Source: an uncultured Ignavibacteriota bacterium
Lineage (GTDB): Bacteria > Bacteroidota > Ignavibacteria > UBA10030 > UBA8401
Direction: 5' to 3'
DNA length: 64,000 bases
Assembly (NCBI GenBank): GCA_903884005.1
Contig: CAISDA010000072.1
Coordinates: forward strand, 25,284 to 89,283
In this document: one piece after another, positions 1-9,672 of the stretch
Numbering within the stretch: the stretch's first letter is position 1
Layout: the number at the start of each line of letters is the position of its first letter
Notes under the pieces: generated by a model
The model's input: only the letters and a program-made list of their open reading frames with translations
What the model was told of the DNA's origin: nothing
The model's database searches: none
Position numbers and translations under genes: made by a program

Positions 1-1533
1 GGGACTGAAATCCAATCCCTTGAAATCTGTCGGCGCTCCCGCGGGAAACGTGACACGAGTGCGCGGATATGCTTCACCGTTTTCGCCATCGATCTGCACA
101 AGGTCCCACCCGCGTGCGCTTGTAAGTCCCCAGAACATCCCCGTTCGTGAATCCATTCGCGCACCAACGATCGAACCATAATGCGGCACGCCAACGGCTG
201 TCAGGACGCCGCTCGACGTATCCGCCGCGTAGACACGTGAACTGTCGGCCACTCCCGCTACTGCATAGCAGACACCGCGACGGGCGGCATGAGACCCGAC
301 AGTCCTGAGATACACGTCGAACAACGCAGTCAGAGCCCCTCCCGTGCTCGCATCTGATGAGTTGAATAATACCGCAAAGCTGGCGCCTGTGTGCAACAAA
401 TATCCGGTAATGGAGACGTACCCCATAACGGCGCCGACATGGCCGAACACTTGTTTTCCGTAATAGGCGCCTTGTCTCACCCCCAACCCGTAGCCGCTCC
501 AATCGAATCCTGTTGATTGTGTCGACGCCGCCGGTATGAACGTCAGCATCTGAGCAAGCGAAGACCGAGAGAGTACCGTTCCTTCATAGAGCGCTTTTAC
601 CCACCGCGCCATGTTCTCCCCGGTAGACATCACCGCGCCTGCAGTCCAGAGCGTACTGAAGTGCGCAGTGACTGGTGTTGATGCAAAGTCAATACCGCTA
701 TCCCACGGATGCACCACCGGATCGGCATGTTGTTCTTCAACTTCCAGGAACGTATGGTCCAGAGCGAGCGGCGTGAGGATACGTTCTCTGATCTGCGATG
801 AGACCGACTTGCCGGTGACTTTGTTGATGACCATGCCCAGGAGCACGTAGTCGGTATTGCAATACGTGTATGCTCCCCCCGGAAGCCTGTGCGGCGGGCC
901 GACGAATGTGCGAATAAGTTCTTCGGGAGTCCACAGCCGCGTCGGATTCGCCGCGACAGCATTACCTTGTGCGTTAGAATCGTTCAGATAATCATACAGC
1001 CCGGAGGTCATGTTCAAGAGCTGACGGATCGTGACCGACGCGGTGATATTTGGATACGAAGGCAGATACTTGCTCAGTGAATCGTCGAGCGAGAGCATGC
1101 CTGCGTCTACGAGGCTAAGGATCGTCGTGCTGATGAACGCCTTGGTATTGCTCCCGATACCGAAAAGCATCGCCGGCTGAACGTTCACCGACGGAGACTT
1201 GGACGAAATGCCCGAGACTCCCTGCCAGACGCCCTGCCCCGGAACCAGCACTGCTGCAGATATACCCGGAACACCCTGTGTTGTCCGAACACTGTCCAGG
1301 GCGCGCTGAAGACCAATTGCCAGGGCGGGATCGAACGCCAGGCGTCCGTTATTGTCGGGCAGGATGACGAACTGCCCCGCCGGATACACCTGACTCGCGG
1401 CGTCGAACCGCGCCTCGACAGACGAGGAAGAATCGACATGCCGCCCTTTTACACGCGCCTCTTCCTGCGCATCGGCGTGGGCCGATGCGCAGAGAAAGAC
1501 TGCAACGATCCAGCTGAAATGTTTTACACTCAC
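1..1533 (-). CDS. Serine hydrolase, beta-lactamase family (class C/PBP-like) with extra C-terminal domain. Partial: the 3' end runs past the window start.
   Basis: The frame was not in the ORF track because it hits the window edge. Manual translation is open from the GTG at 1533..1531 down to nt 1. N-terminal signal peptide VSVKHFSWIVAVFLCASAHA. Motifs SNTK (SxxK, in GIGSNTKAF) and Y-C-N-T-D-Y (YxN) are typical of the beta-lactamase/transpeptidase fold. Spot-checked at four positions with no stop codons. Confidence 0.7.
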   Translation of the reverse strand, partial: MSVKHFSWIVAVFLCASAHADAQEEARVKGRHVDSSSSVEARFDAASQVYPAGQFVILPDNNGRLAFDPALAIGLQRALDSVRTTQGVPGISAAVLVPGQGVWQGVSGISSKSPSVNVQPAMLFGIGSNTKAFISTTILSLVDAGMLSLDDSLSKYLPSYPNITASVTIRQLLNMTSGLYDYLNDSNAQGNAVAANPTRLWTPEELIRTFVGPPHRLPGGAYTYCNTDYVLLGMVINKVTGKSVSSQIRERILTPLALDHTFLEVEEQHADPVVHPWDSGIDFASTPVTAHFSTLWTAGAVMSTGENMARWVKALYEGTVLSRSSLAQMLTFIPAASTQSTGFDWSGYGLGVRQGAYYGKQVFGHVGAVMGYVSITGYLLHTGASFAVLFNSSDASTGGALTALFDVYLRTVGSHAARRGVCYAVAGVADSSRVYAADTSSGVLTAVGVPHYGSIVGARMDSRTGMFWGLTSARGWDLVQIDGENGEAYPRTRVTFPAGAPTDFKGLDFSP

Positions 1534-1694
1534 GTTCTCTCCGGGACATCGACAAAAAAATTCCTGAACACGTTATGGTGGACGACGGGAGCAGTCATGA
1601 GTACCGGCAAAAAAAAATCGGCACGGCAGTACTTCCCTCGCATAAGGTAGGTATATCTTTTTGCAGATGCGACTTTCTCTTTTTCGGTTAAGGG

Positions 1695-2702
1695 TTACAG
1701 AAGGTTATTCCATGTCTCAAATACTTTGTAGACGTTGTCAGGATTTCCGGCCGGGCCGAATTCGCATTGCGCAATGCAGCCGCCATTTTGCCACAGAGCC
1801 TCCTTCACATGCATCACGGCCTGCTCGATCTCCTCCGGCGTTCCGCTGGGAAGAAGCCGCTGTCTATCGATCTCCCCCCAGAACGTTATGCTGCCTTTAA
1901 ATTGGGCGAGTTCATCCAGTCCGATACAGAAGATCTGACTATTCAGCGCATCGAGTCCCAGTTCGACAAGATGAGGAATGATCGGAAGCGTGTATCCATC
2001 CGAATGCATGAATATTTTTTTCCCATGCGCATGAGCAATATCGATATACTCCTTATACATGGGTTTAAAGAGTTCCGACCAGATGCACGGGTCGATCAAA
2101 AGACTGTTCTGCGCCCCCCAGTCGTCCATGATGGACAGAGCGTCGACATCAGTCCTTGCCCACACTGTCAGCAATCGGCAATAGAAATCATGCATTTTCC
2201 GAATCACTTCAAACATCCCCTCCGGCTGTATGAGCAGATCGACGAACAACTGCTCAGTTCCTCTGATGAATTGAAGTTGTTCAAAGGGTCGGGGACAGGC
2301 GCCTGCCAGGACAAATTTGTCCGTCCCTGCACAAAACTCGTTCACCCGGGCTGCATCTACGCTCAGCAATTCCTCCGGCAGTATTAGTCTCTCAGCGTCA
2401 CGCCACTCCTCATCTTTTATTAAAGGAGCTTTCACCTCGCCGATGAGTCCATCCTGGATATTTTTGAATGTGCATCCCCATTCATCCGTGTATTCCCCGA
2501 TCGTGTACGGGTCTCCCGAACTCGATGCAGGCAGTTTCAGAAAACTCGGAGCATTAATGATGTCGTCCGGGAAGTCCCGTTGAATTTTTCGGAGCATGCT
2601 GCCATGCTGACGTTCGGCCCAGGGCAATGTCCACAACTGCCGCGGCACTCTCTGGGGGTTGTTAAACTCAAGTGTTCGTACAACGAGTTCTCTTGATCGC
2701 AT
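1695..2702 (-). CDS. Uroporphyrinogen decarboxylase (URO-D) family protein (MtaA/CmuA-like methyltransferase fold).
   Basis: 335-aa product MRSRELVVRTLEFNNPQRVPRQLWTLPW...; URO-D-like TIM-barrel family signature. I set the start at the internal ATG at 2702 rather than the track start at 2783. Confidence 0.7.
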   Translation of the reverse strand: MRSRELVVRTLEFNNPQRVPRQLWTLPWAERQHGSMLRKIQRDFPDDIINAPSFLKLPASSSGDPYTIGEYTDEWGCTFKNIQDGLIGEVKAPLIKDEEWRDAERLILPEELLSVDAARVNEFCAGTDKFVLAGACPRPFEQLQFIRGTEQLFVDLLIQPEGMFEVIRKMHDFYCRLLTVWARTDVDALSIMDDWGAQNSLLIDPCIWSELFKPMYKEYIDIAHAHGKKIFMHSDGYTLPIIPHLVELGLDALNSQIFCIGLDELAQFKGSITFWGEIDRQRLLPSGTPEEIEQAVMHVKEALWQNGGCIAQCEFGPAGNPDNVYKVFETWNNLL

Positions 2703-2821
2703 TCGAAGGTTCCATTCATTCAAATTTCGCTTCCCCGTACCGGAGCGGTACGTTAAAAGTAAATATTTGAAAAATAATACCATTTAGTCAAGGGAATAAT
2801 TTGGATATGTATTGCCGATGG

Positions 2822-3157
2822 TCATTGCGATGCTGCCGCGGTATCCATTTGTTTTTTAATGGCATCTTCCATCCGCGTTCTAAACGAATCGAATTCAGTC
2901 ATGGAGAGCGAACCATCGCCGTTCGCGTCGATCTTCGCAACCATATTTTTTACTTGTGCATCCGGTGTCTTGACGGCTTCTTTTGCCGCGCCTCTGCCGA
3001 GGGCGTGCCGAGCGATTGCACTGTGTATGTCGATTTTGAAGAAACGGAATCTACCATGTGTATTCTCCGAGAGGATACGGGCAATGTCGTCAATGACTAC
3101 ACATACACCATCGGCATGAATGTTGAAAGCTGGAATCCATAGAACGGCAATTTTCAA
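2822..3157 (-). CDS. Small EF-hand calcium-binding domain protein (hypothetical).
   Basis: Canonical EF-hand loop DANGDGSLSMTE near the C-terminus. The N-terminal part is not convincing and has no clear signal peptide, so the start is uncertain. Confidence 0.3.
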   Translation of the reverse strand: MKIAVLWIPAFNIHADGVCVVIDDIARILSENTHGRFRFFKIDIHSAIARHALGRGAAKEAVKTPDAQVKNMVAKIDANGDGSLSMTEFDSFRTRMEDAIKKQMDTAAASQ

Positions 3158-3238
3158 TTTTTTTGCGGTATAAAAGGGAAGTATTATTTTATCCGGACAT
3201 GCCGGAAGCCGAGGTTGTTGATGCGATACATCGGATAG

Positions 3239-3976
3239 TTACAGCTTATTGATGAGCGAGGCTTGACATGCGGCACCAAATCCGTTGTCTATATTGACGA
3301 TGGAAATTCCGTTGGCGCAGCTATTGAGCATGGACAATAAGGCGGACAGTCCCATGAAATTGGCGCCGTATCCGACGCTGGTTGGCACACCGATGACGGG
3401 TTTGTCGACCAGTCCGCCGATGACGCTCCCTAAGGCGCCTTCCATACCGGCTACAACAATGATCACGCGCGCCCCTCTGATCATTTCCAGCTTGTGGAAT
3501 AACCGGTGAATGCCGGCAACGCCCACATCGTACATCGTTTGTACTTCGTTTCCGAGAAAGCGTGCGGTTTCGGCTGCCTCTTCGGCGACCGGAATATCGG
3601 AAGTGCCGGCAGCGACAACGGCGATGTACCCTTTGGGATTTTGCACTTTTTGATGCCTGTAACTGACGATACGCGCCAATTCGTTATACTCGGCCAGGGG
3701 AATGACCTCTTTGACGGCCGCGCTCATTTCGGGAGTAACGCGGCTTGCCAGCACATCAATGCCGTTCTTATACATCCGCTCGGCAATTTGTCTGACCTGA
3801 TCGGTGGTTTTTCCGGCGGCATAGATCATTTCGGGCAGCCCGGTACGATGGAGGCGATCGGTATCGATCGTGGCAAAGCCCATTTCATCGATCCCGTATG
3901 TTGACACCAGCGTTAATGCTTCAGGCAAATTTAATTCGCCGTGTTTGTATTTTTCTAAAATGTCTGTTATTGTCAT
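3239..3976 (-). CDS. larB: LarB, nickel-pincer nucleotide cofactor biosynthesis carboxylase/hydrolase (PurE/AIR-carboxylase-like).
   Basis: 245 aa. PurE-like Gly-rich core (IAVVAAGTSDIPVAEEA...VAGMEGALGSVIGGLVDKPVIGVPTSVGYG). Its start ATG sits 1 nt after the larC stop (TAATATG). Confidence 0.85.
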   Translation of the reverse strand: MTITDILEKYKHGELNLPEALTLVSTYGIDEMGFATIDTDRLHRTGLPEMIYAAGKTTDQVRQIAERMYKNGIDVLASRVTPEMSAAVKEVIPLAEYNELARIVSYRHQKVQNPKGYIAVVAAGTSDIPVAEEAAETARFLGNEVQTMYDVGVAGIHRLFHKLEMIRGARVIIVVAGMEGALGSVIGGLVDKPVIGVPTSVGYGANFMGLSALLSMLNSCANGISIVNIDNGFGAACQASLINKL

Positions 3977-3977
3977 A

Positions 3978-5150
3978 TTAAAGATTCTTGATCACTTCAC
4001 GTTCAACTTCTTCGATGCTGATATTATACTGCTTAGCGATGGCTTTGCACACGCTGTATTCCGGTTTTGAACGAACAATTTTTCCCTCAAACATGCTTTG
4101 CTTCACTGTGATCGGCCCGAATTTTGTCTGTACCAATTTTTCGGTTCGCAACAGGGCACATTTATTAACCGTGTATTCCCGTACTCCGATCGTGGTGCTG
4201 TGGGCAAAGATGATTCCCTTGATCGCGTGCACTTTTTCCACCGAGCACAAGACGCTCAGCTGATTGGCGGGACGCAATTTTTTCATGATGATGGGAGTGA
4301 GCCAGGCGTCCGCAGCGCCTGCTTCGAACAGCTGCTCCATGATGAATTCGTACCGCTCGGGGTTCATGTCGTCGATGTTGCATTCCACCACTGTAGCGGT
4401 CTCTTCGTTCAGATCGGAGGTTGTTGTTTCAGTATCCGACAGGTAGACACGGAGCACATTGGGAACGTCTGAAATATCCCGATGCCCGATACCGTAGCCA
4501 ATTTTTGTGATCGGGAAGTTGATCTCCGACGTGAAGGCATCAACGGTTGCCACCAGTATTGCGGCTCCGGTTGGTGTGGTCGCCTCGTGCTGCACTAGTC
4601 CGGTCTTGACCGGAATATTCGCAACGATCAGGGCGGTTGCGGGAGCCGGGACCGGCATGACGCCGTGGGCGCATTTCACCGTTCCTCCCCCCAGTTGTAT
4701 CGGAGAGGAAAGCACTCTCTCCACATGCAGATATTCCAGGCAAATGGCGGCGCCCACAATATCGGCAATGGAATCGAGCGCGCCGACCTCATGAAAATGG
4801 ACCCGTTCAATTGCGATCTGGTGCACCGTTGCTTCTGCAACAGCGATGATACCGAAGATCTTCAGTGACGTGGTTTTCACTTTTTCCGACAGTGTGCTGT
4901 TGTTGATGAGCTCTTCAACATGGCGGAGGTGACGGTGCTTTTCATTATCAGGATCTTCCACAACGACAGTCGCTTTGGTTCCGGAAATGCCGCGACGGAG
5001 GTCCTTGGTTATTTCGAGATGAAATCCTTTGATATTCAGTTTTTGTACTTCGCTTTCCAGGAAGCCGGCGTCGACACCCAGGTCCAGCAAAGCGCCCAGG
5101 TTCATGTCGCCGCTGATACCGGCAAAGCAGTCGTAATATAATATTCTCAT
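3978..5150 (-). CDS. larC: LarC, nickel insertion protein (DUF111 family) for NPN cofactor maturation.
   Basis: N-terminus MRILYYDCFAGISGDMNLGALLDLGV is the DUF111/LarC hallmark. I set the start at the internal ATG at 5150, 8 nt after the larE stop. Confidence 0.85.
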   Translation of the reverse strand: MRILYYDCFAGISGDMNLGALLDLGVDAGFLESEVQKLNIKGFHLEITKDLRRGISGTKATVVVEDPDNEKHRHLRHVEELINNSTLSEKVKTTSLKIFGIIAVAEATVHQIAIERVHFHEVGALDSIADIVGAAICLEYLHVERVLSSPIQLGGGTVKCAHGVMPVPAPATALIVANIPVKTGLVQHEATTPTGAAILVATVDAFTSEINFPITKIGYGIGHRDISDVPNVLRVYLSDTETTTSDLNEETATVVECNIDDMNPERYEFIMEQLFEAGAADAWLTPIIMKKLRPANQLSVLCSVEKVHAIKGIIFAHSTTIGVREYTVNKCALLRTEKLVQTKFGPITVKQSMFEGKIVRSKPEYSVCKAIAKQYNISIEEVEREVIKNL

Positions 5151-5158
5151 GTATCTCG

Positions 5159-5986
5159 TTACCTGTTGGCTAAAACACGGTTCATTTTTCCTGAGACCAA
5201 CCCTTCGTGGTCGATCACACAATGTTCGAATCCGAGCGCTGTAATTTTTTTAATGACCTCATGCTGAACGAGAGTCAGTTGTTCCAGCTCTTCCTTGCGC
5301 ACTTCGACCCGGCAATAACTGCCGTAATGTCTCACGCGGACGTCTTCAAAGCCATACCTGTTGAGTATCTCTTCGGCAGCCTCGATCTGTCTGAGTTTTT
5401 CAGCGGTGACGTCGTTGTTGTATGGAATCCGTGAGCTCAGGCAGGGGCTTGCAGGCTTATTCCAGTTGGGAAGTTCAAAATATCGGGCAAGCTGGCGTAT
5501 TTCTTCCTTTGTGACGCTGCAATCGACCAGGGGCGACTGCACCTGAAATATTTTTGCGGCATCGAGGCCGGGCCTGTAGTCGCCCAGATCATCGGCATTG
5601 GTGCCGCTGAGGACGTCGAAGCCTGGATATTTTTTGCTGATATCGGTCAGGTCGTGGTACAGGTGTTCTTTACAAAAGAAACACCGGTTCACCGGATTCT
5701 GGTTGTACCGCTCGTCGTCCAGCTCTCTGGTAACGATGACTTCCAGCTGTATATCGGACTGTTCGCAGAACGTTGTTGCAAGCTCAAAGTCCCTGTGTTT
5801 CAGGCTCTCCGAATTGGAGATGACGCCGATCGCTTTTTCCTTGCCCTGAAATTTTCGCGCCAGATACAGCACCAGCGTCGAATCGATTCCGCCCGAGAAC
5901 GCGACGATCGATCCATGCCGATGCGCATACCACTGTTCCAGCGCGTCGAGTTTTTCGGTAAGTTGTGCGGATAGTTGTTCCATCAT
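5159..5986 (-). CDS. larE: LarE, ATP-dependent sacrificial sulfur transferase (PP-loop ATP pyrophosphatase family).
   Basis: PP-loop SGGIDS, plus CFFCK and further conserved Cys typical of LarE. ATG ATG at 5986/5983; the track began at an upstream TTG at 5995. Confidence 0.85.
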   Translation of the reverse strand: MMEQLSAQLTEKLDALEQWYAHRHGSIVAFSGGIDSTLVLYLARKFQGKEKAIGVISNSESLKHRDFELATTFCEQSDIQLEVIVTRELDDERYNQNPVNRCFFCKEHLYHDLTDISKKYPGFDVLSGTNADDLGDYRPGLDAAKIFQVQSPLVDCSVTKEEIRQLARYFELPNWNKPASPCLSSRIPYNNDVTAEKLRQIEAAEEILNRYGFEDVRVRHYGSYCRVEVRKEELEQLTLVQHEVIKKITALGFEHCVIDHEGLVSGKMNRVLANR

Positions 5987-6118
5987 CAGTCTCAATCAGT
6001 TTCGGATATTTTATAATATCGCGATTTTTTTTTATAAATACATTTGCGCACACCGTATTTCCGCACAACCATTCGCTTCACATTTGTACATAGTACCTGC
6101 CGTCCATTGATCACTCAA

Positions 6119-6922
6119 CTACTTCGCCTCAGCCTTTGCTGCAGCCCACAGAATGGCGCCGATGAGATGATTTCTGAACATTTCATTATCGTATAATTCC
6201 GGCATATGCCCAAGCGCGGTGTGAAAGCTTCGTCCGCGCCCGATATGCTGACACCAGATCAACGGATGGTCTCCCATGACGATATTGACGTTCTTAAACC
6301 ATGGGTTCTCATCAATGTTATACGATTTCTCGTCGACTGAAGCCAACACGTTCACATTGCTGTTCATCCTGGGATTTCGGTCGAAGCTGTAAAATTCATC
6401 TTTCCATTTCAGTGTGTCGGCGCCAAAGCATCGTGTTGCGGGATGATCCCTCTTCTCTATGATCAGCCGTGCTTCATGCACCGGAGGATGACCGATAAAA
6501 TACGCTCCCACCAGTTTTTCATACCATGGCCATTTGAATTCAGTATCAGTGGCGGTATGAACGCCGACAAAGCCGCCGCCGCCTTCAACATAGTGCTGAA
6601 GCGCACGTTTCTCATCCTCATTGAGCAGGTCGTTACCGGTGGTCAACAAAAACACAACCGCATTATATTTACTCAATTCCTTATCGGTGAAAAAAGTAGA
6701 ATCTTCGGTAAACGTGACCTGCCATTTTTTCCCGTGTGCGATCTCATAGAGAGCCTTAATCGCGTTCGGTTTGGAGCCATGATAAAATCCGAGCGTCTTT
6801 GAGAATACCAGCACATTCATTCCCTGCCCCGGCTGCTGAATGTTTTCGGGTGTACGATTTTGCGAAAAAGAAATGCTCGCCAGGACGGCGATACAAAAAC
6901 AGACCGGAAGTATATGGATCAT
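6119..6922 (-). CDS. ThuA-like (trehalose utilisation) class-I glutamine-amidotransferase-like domain protein with signal peptide.
   Basis: MIHILPVCFCIAVLASISFSQN signal peptide. ThuA-family motifs (VLVFSKT..YHGS, GGGFVGVHTATDT, FIGHPP). Confidence 0.7.
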   Translation of the reverse strand: MIHILPVCFCIAVLASISFSQNRTPENIQQPGQGMNVLVFSKTLGFYHGSKPNAIKALYEIAHGKKWQVTFTEDSTFFTDKELSKYNAVVFLLTTGNDLLNEDEKRALQHYVEGGGGFVGVHTATDTEFKWPWYEKLVGAYFIGHPPVHEARLIIEKRDHPATRCFGADTLKWKDEFYSFDRNPRMNSNVNVLASVDEKSYNIDENPWFKNVNIVMGDHPLIWCQHIGRGRSFHTALGHMPELYDNEMFRNHLIGAILWAAAKAEAK

Positions 6923-7028
6923 AAGTGCAGCCTCTGGAAGAAGTGTGTGTGTGTCTATGAGCAGGGTCATGGTTCTCATGTACTCACGATGATGGCAGTG
7001 TGGAAGCAATGCGCCCAGTAACTATATT

Positions 7029-8075
7029 TTATTGTGTTGTATTTTTATTCACACTTTTTTCAATTGTGGTCATAGTAGGAGCGCTATTATTGATCAGCCA
7101 ATATTTTATAAACTCGCCTTCCTGTGTAGTGTTATTCCACAAACCTTTGCTGCAGCTATTCGGCTTCAAGGCCGACGTGCTTTCATCCTTATCTCCATAG
7201 CTGAAATTGCACCAACTGATTGAAACGGTATCATTCATCGTTGCATGGTGTTTCATCGTTCTTAAAAAAAGAGAACTGGCAGCAGTATCATTGATCCCTA
7301 ATCCGGAAGATTCACAGGTTCCCCATTCACTGACAAAAACCGGAATACGGTGAATTTGACGGGTAAACATTGGATAGAGCGATTTATGCGAAGCAGCATA
7401 AAAATGGAATGTAAACATCACGTTGCTCGTGTCGTGCAGCTTCTTTGTATCAACACGTTCGAGCTGTTGGTCCCAATCGGGGGTGCCGATGAGAATAATG
7501 GCATGAGGATCATTTTTTCTTATTATCGGCACAATTCTATTGGCATAGCCGGCTATTGTATCCCACGTGATCATTGTTCCATAGGGTTCGTTGAATAGTT
7601 CGTACATGACATTTTTTTTCCCCGCATATTTAGCCGACAGTAAGTCAAAAAAAGTGTCAGCACAGATGTGGTTGGGATCGTTTGGATTTCCATAACGGTC
7701 ATTATGAAAATCAATGATGCAATACACACCCAGCATTTCAGACCACGCGACAATACTGTCGATCAAGATGTTGTTGAACGCGGGATTCTGGTTGTAATTG
7801 TTCGGGTTACTGTAATTGGCAATATACACTGGCGCCCGAAGTACATTTGTATTCCAGTCTTCTTTCAGCACCTTAAAACTCGTGTATGCAATACATTCGG
7901 GCATATGCATCAGCCCGAACATACTCATTCCCCTCAGTTGAAAAGGCGTTCCTTGTTCGTTGCAGAGTTGATGGCCGATCACCTGCAATCGGCCGTTTTC
8001 AGCAACCGGGTTTTGCGACAAGGAAATGCTGGCAAGGGAAAAAAGGTAACAACATAATGAAAGTATTTTCGTCAT
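7029..8075 (-). CDS. Glycoside hydrolase family 5 (cellulase-like endoglycanase), secreted.
   Basis: Signal peptide, GH5 motifs (LRGMSMFG, YELFNEP with catalytic Glu in NEP, FVSEWG with nucleophile Glu). Confidence 0.8.
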   Translation of the reverse strand: MTKILSLCCYLFSLASISLSQNPVAENGRLQVIGHQLCNEQGTPFQLRGMSMFGLMHMPECIAYTSFKVLKEDWNTNVLRAPVYIANYSNPNNYNQNPAFNNILIDSIVAWSEMLGVYCIIDFHNDRYGNPNDPNHICADTFFDLLSAKYAGKKNVMYELFNEPYGTMITWDTIAGYANRIVPIIRKNDPHAIILIGTPDWDQQLERVDTKKLHDTSNVMFTFHFYAASHKSLYPMFTRQIHRIPVFVSEWGTCESSGLGINDTAASSLFLRTMKHHATMNDTVSISWCNFSYGDKDESTSALKPNSCSKGLWNNTTQEGEFIKYWLINNSAPTMTTIEKSVNKNTTQ

Positions 8076-8124
8076 ACGTACCGCTTTCAAATTTTGATAA
8101 CGAGTCAGTTCATGCTGCCGGACC

Positions 8125-8988
8125 TTATTTTATAATGATATAATCGGCTTCTTTAAAACATGCTGCCAATCCCTTGGTCATCCCATTGAAATCATATGAA
8201 TAGACAAAACCATTTTCAACATAGGTCGCCTTTTCACGGCCGTCCCCGCCATTGTGATCGGCGTAATGAACATTCGGAAACGCCGCGCGGCATTTGTCGT
8301 AAATATTATCGGTAATAAACCGGCTGGGGTCGGCAAGCGTAATGTTTTCCTGCGGGACTCCGGCTTCATTTACCAAACTTGTTAATACCGACAGGGTCAA
8401 CTGCGGATTGGCATTGATCTCGTTGTTGCTTTTATGGGCATCGGTATTGTTTTGGTTGATCTTAATGGCTATTTTTTCGCCCGATGCATATCCGGCCTCA
8501 ATGTTCCGGCTTGTTTTATTATAGTAACGGAACAGCTCGTCCCACGATGCAATTTTTGTATTATGGCTCCAGGCAACCCGGCCGGGATGAATGCCTCTGG
8601 CGATGCCAAGCGGCGCGTTCGGGTTATACCAGATCTCCAATTTTTTGCTGCTTGTTTGTGCATCCGATTCCACGGAATAGAGACCGGCGGCGCCAATGCC
8701 AAGCACGACAAACAATGCCGCAGCGACGTACCTGGCCTCAAATAGTTTATTTTTTGTTTTTTTAAACGCAAAGGAGGCGCCGGTTACGGCTAACACCCAC
8801 AGGACAAAACCCGACATCATCGGATAGGACGCCTGCATGCATGGGTAGGCTGCGCGTGAAGGCTTTGGTATGACACGGATGAGAAACCACAGTGTAGAGA
8901 TGATACCCAGGAATAGAAAGCTCAATGTTGCCCAGTGCTTTTTTGCACCTTGAGCGTATGCTAAAAAACTCTTCCCGGTGGTCTTCAT
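8125..8988 (-). CDS. Membrane-anchored DUF362-like domain protein; C-terminus may be truncated.
   Basis: Three N-terminal TM helices, then a DUF362-like core (GEKIAIKINQNNT...TLSVLTSLVNEAGV...NITLADPS). Ends abruptly after ADYIIIK. Confidence 0.4.
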   Translation of the reverse strand: MKTTGKSFLAYAQGAKKHWATLSFLFLGIISTLWFLIRVIPKPSRAAYPCMQASYPMMSGFVLWVLAVTGASFAFKKTKNKLFEARYVAAALFVVLGIGAAGLYSVESDAQTSSKKLEIWYNPNAPLGIARGIHPGRVAWSHNTKIASWDELFRYYNKTSRNIEAGYASGEKIAIKINQNNTDAHKSNNEINANPQLTLSVLTSLVNEAGVPQENITLADPSRFITDNIYDKCRAAFPNVHYADHNGGDGREKATYVENGFVYSYDFNGMTKGLAACFKEADYIIIK

Positions 8989-9081
8989 AATAGTGGCTTT
9001 TGCTATTGTTGTGTGGAATGCGTGTCAAGAGTGAAAATAGGATGTTTTTTCACCCAACGGTTATTTCCCCATTTCAGCAAT

Positions 9082-9672
9082 TCATTTTTTATCCAGGCCG
9101 CTGAGCAACTTGCTGAGAAGCGCAAGCTGTTCCTGCTGCATCGTCAGAAGCCCGGCCCACTGCTTCTCTTTGAGCTCATCTATTTTTTCGTGAAGCGTCA
9201 TGATCTCCAGTTCCGCCTTCAGGTTGACTTCGTAATCATGTTCGGCATTCACCCGGTCTTTGTAGTTCTGACGGTTTTGAGACATCATAATGATGGGCGC
9301 CTGAATGGCGGCAAGCATCGATAAAAAAAGATTCAGCAGAATGTACGGGTACGGATCGAATGAATCCCGATAGATGATAAGGACGAATGAATTCAGGATG
9401 ATCCAAATGAATAAGATGGCAGCGAAGATCGAAATGAACGTCCAGGATCCTCCGAATGCAGCAACCCTGTCTGCCAGTCTTTGCCCAACCGTCATCGGTT
9501 CAAAATGATCCTCAGCGACATTGCTCGACACATGCGTTCTCTCTGCAAGGTGCTGAGCAACGTTTTGTTCCCGCTTGCCGAGCTGGTCATAGTTCTTGCG
9601 GAAATGTTTTTCCGCTATGTCGTGCACCTTCTGATTCATTGCACCCTCCCTCTTATAGTGACGTTCACTCAT
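9082..9672 (-). CDS. DUF1003 domain membrane protein.
   Basis: RLADRVAAFGGSWTFISIF..LFIWIILN, two TM helices plus C-terminal coiled coil. Overlaps the upstream MOSC gene by 8 nt. Confidence 0.65.
   Translation of the reverse strand: MSERHYKREGAMNQKVHDIAEKHFRKNYDQLGKREQNVAQHLAERTHVSSNVAEDHFEPMTVGQRLADRVAAFGGSWTFISIFAAILFIWIILNSFVLIIYRDSFDPYPYILLNLFLSMLAAIQAPIIMMSQNRQNYKDRVNAEHDYEVNLKAELEIMTLHEKIDELKEKQWAGLLTMQQEQLALLSKLLSGLDKK

Noticed and set aside
74-1555. Several 60–140-aa minus-strand ORFs (74..502, 630..962, 1185..1439, 1349..1555).
   Set aside because: All lie in alternate frames of the long beta-lactamase-family gene (1..1533), whose own frame was omitted from the track because it reaches the window edge.
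2801-3142. Plus-strand ORFs (113 aa and 86 aa) opposite the EF-hand ORF.
   Set aside because: Cys/Arg-rich junk translations. The minus-strand frame carries a canonical EF-hand loop and fits the operon orientation, though its own start remains uncertain.
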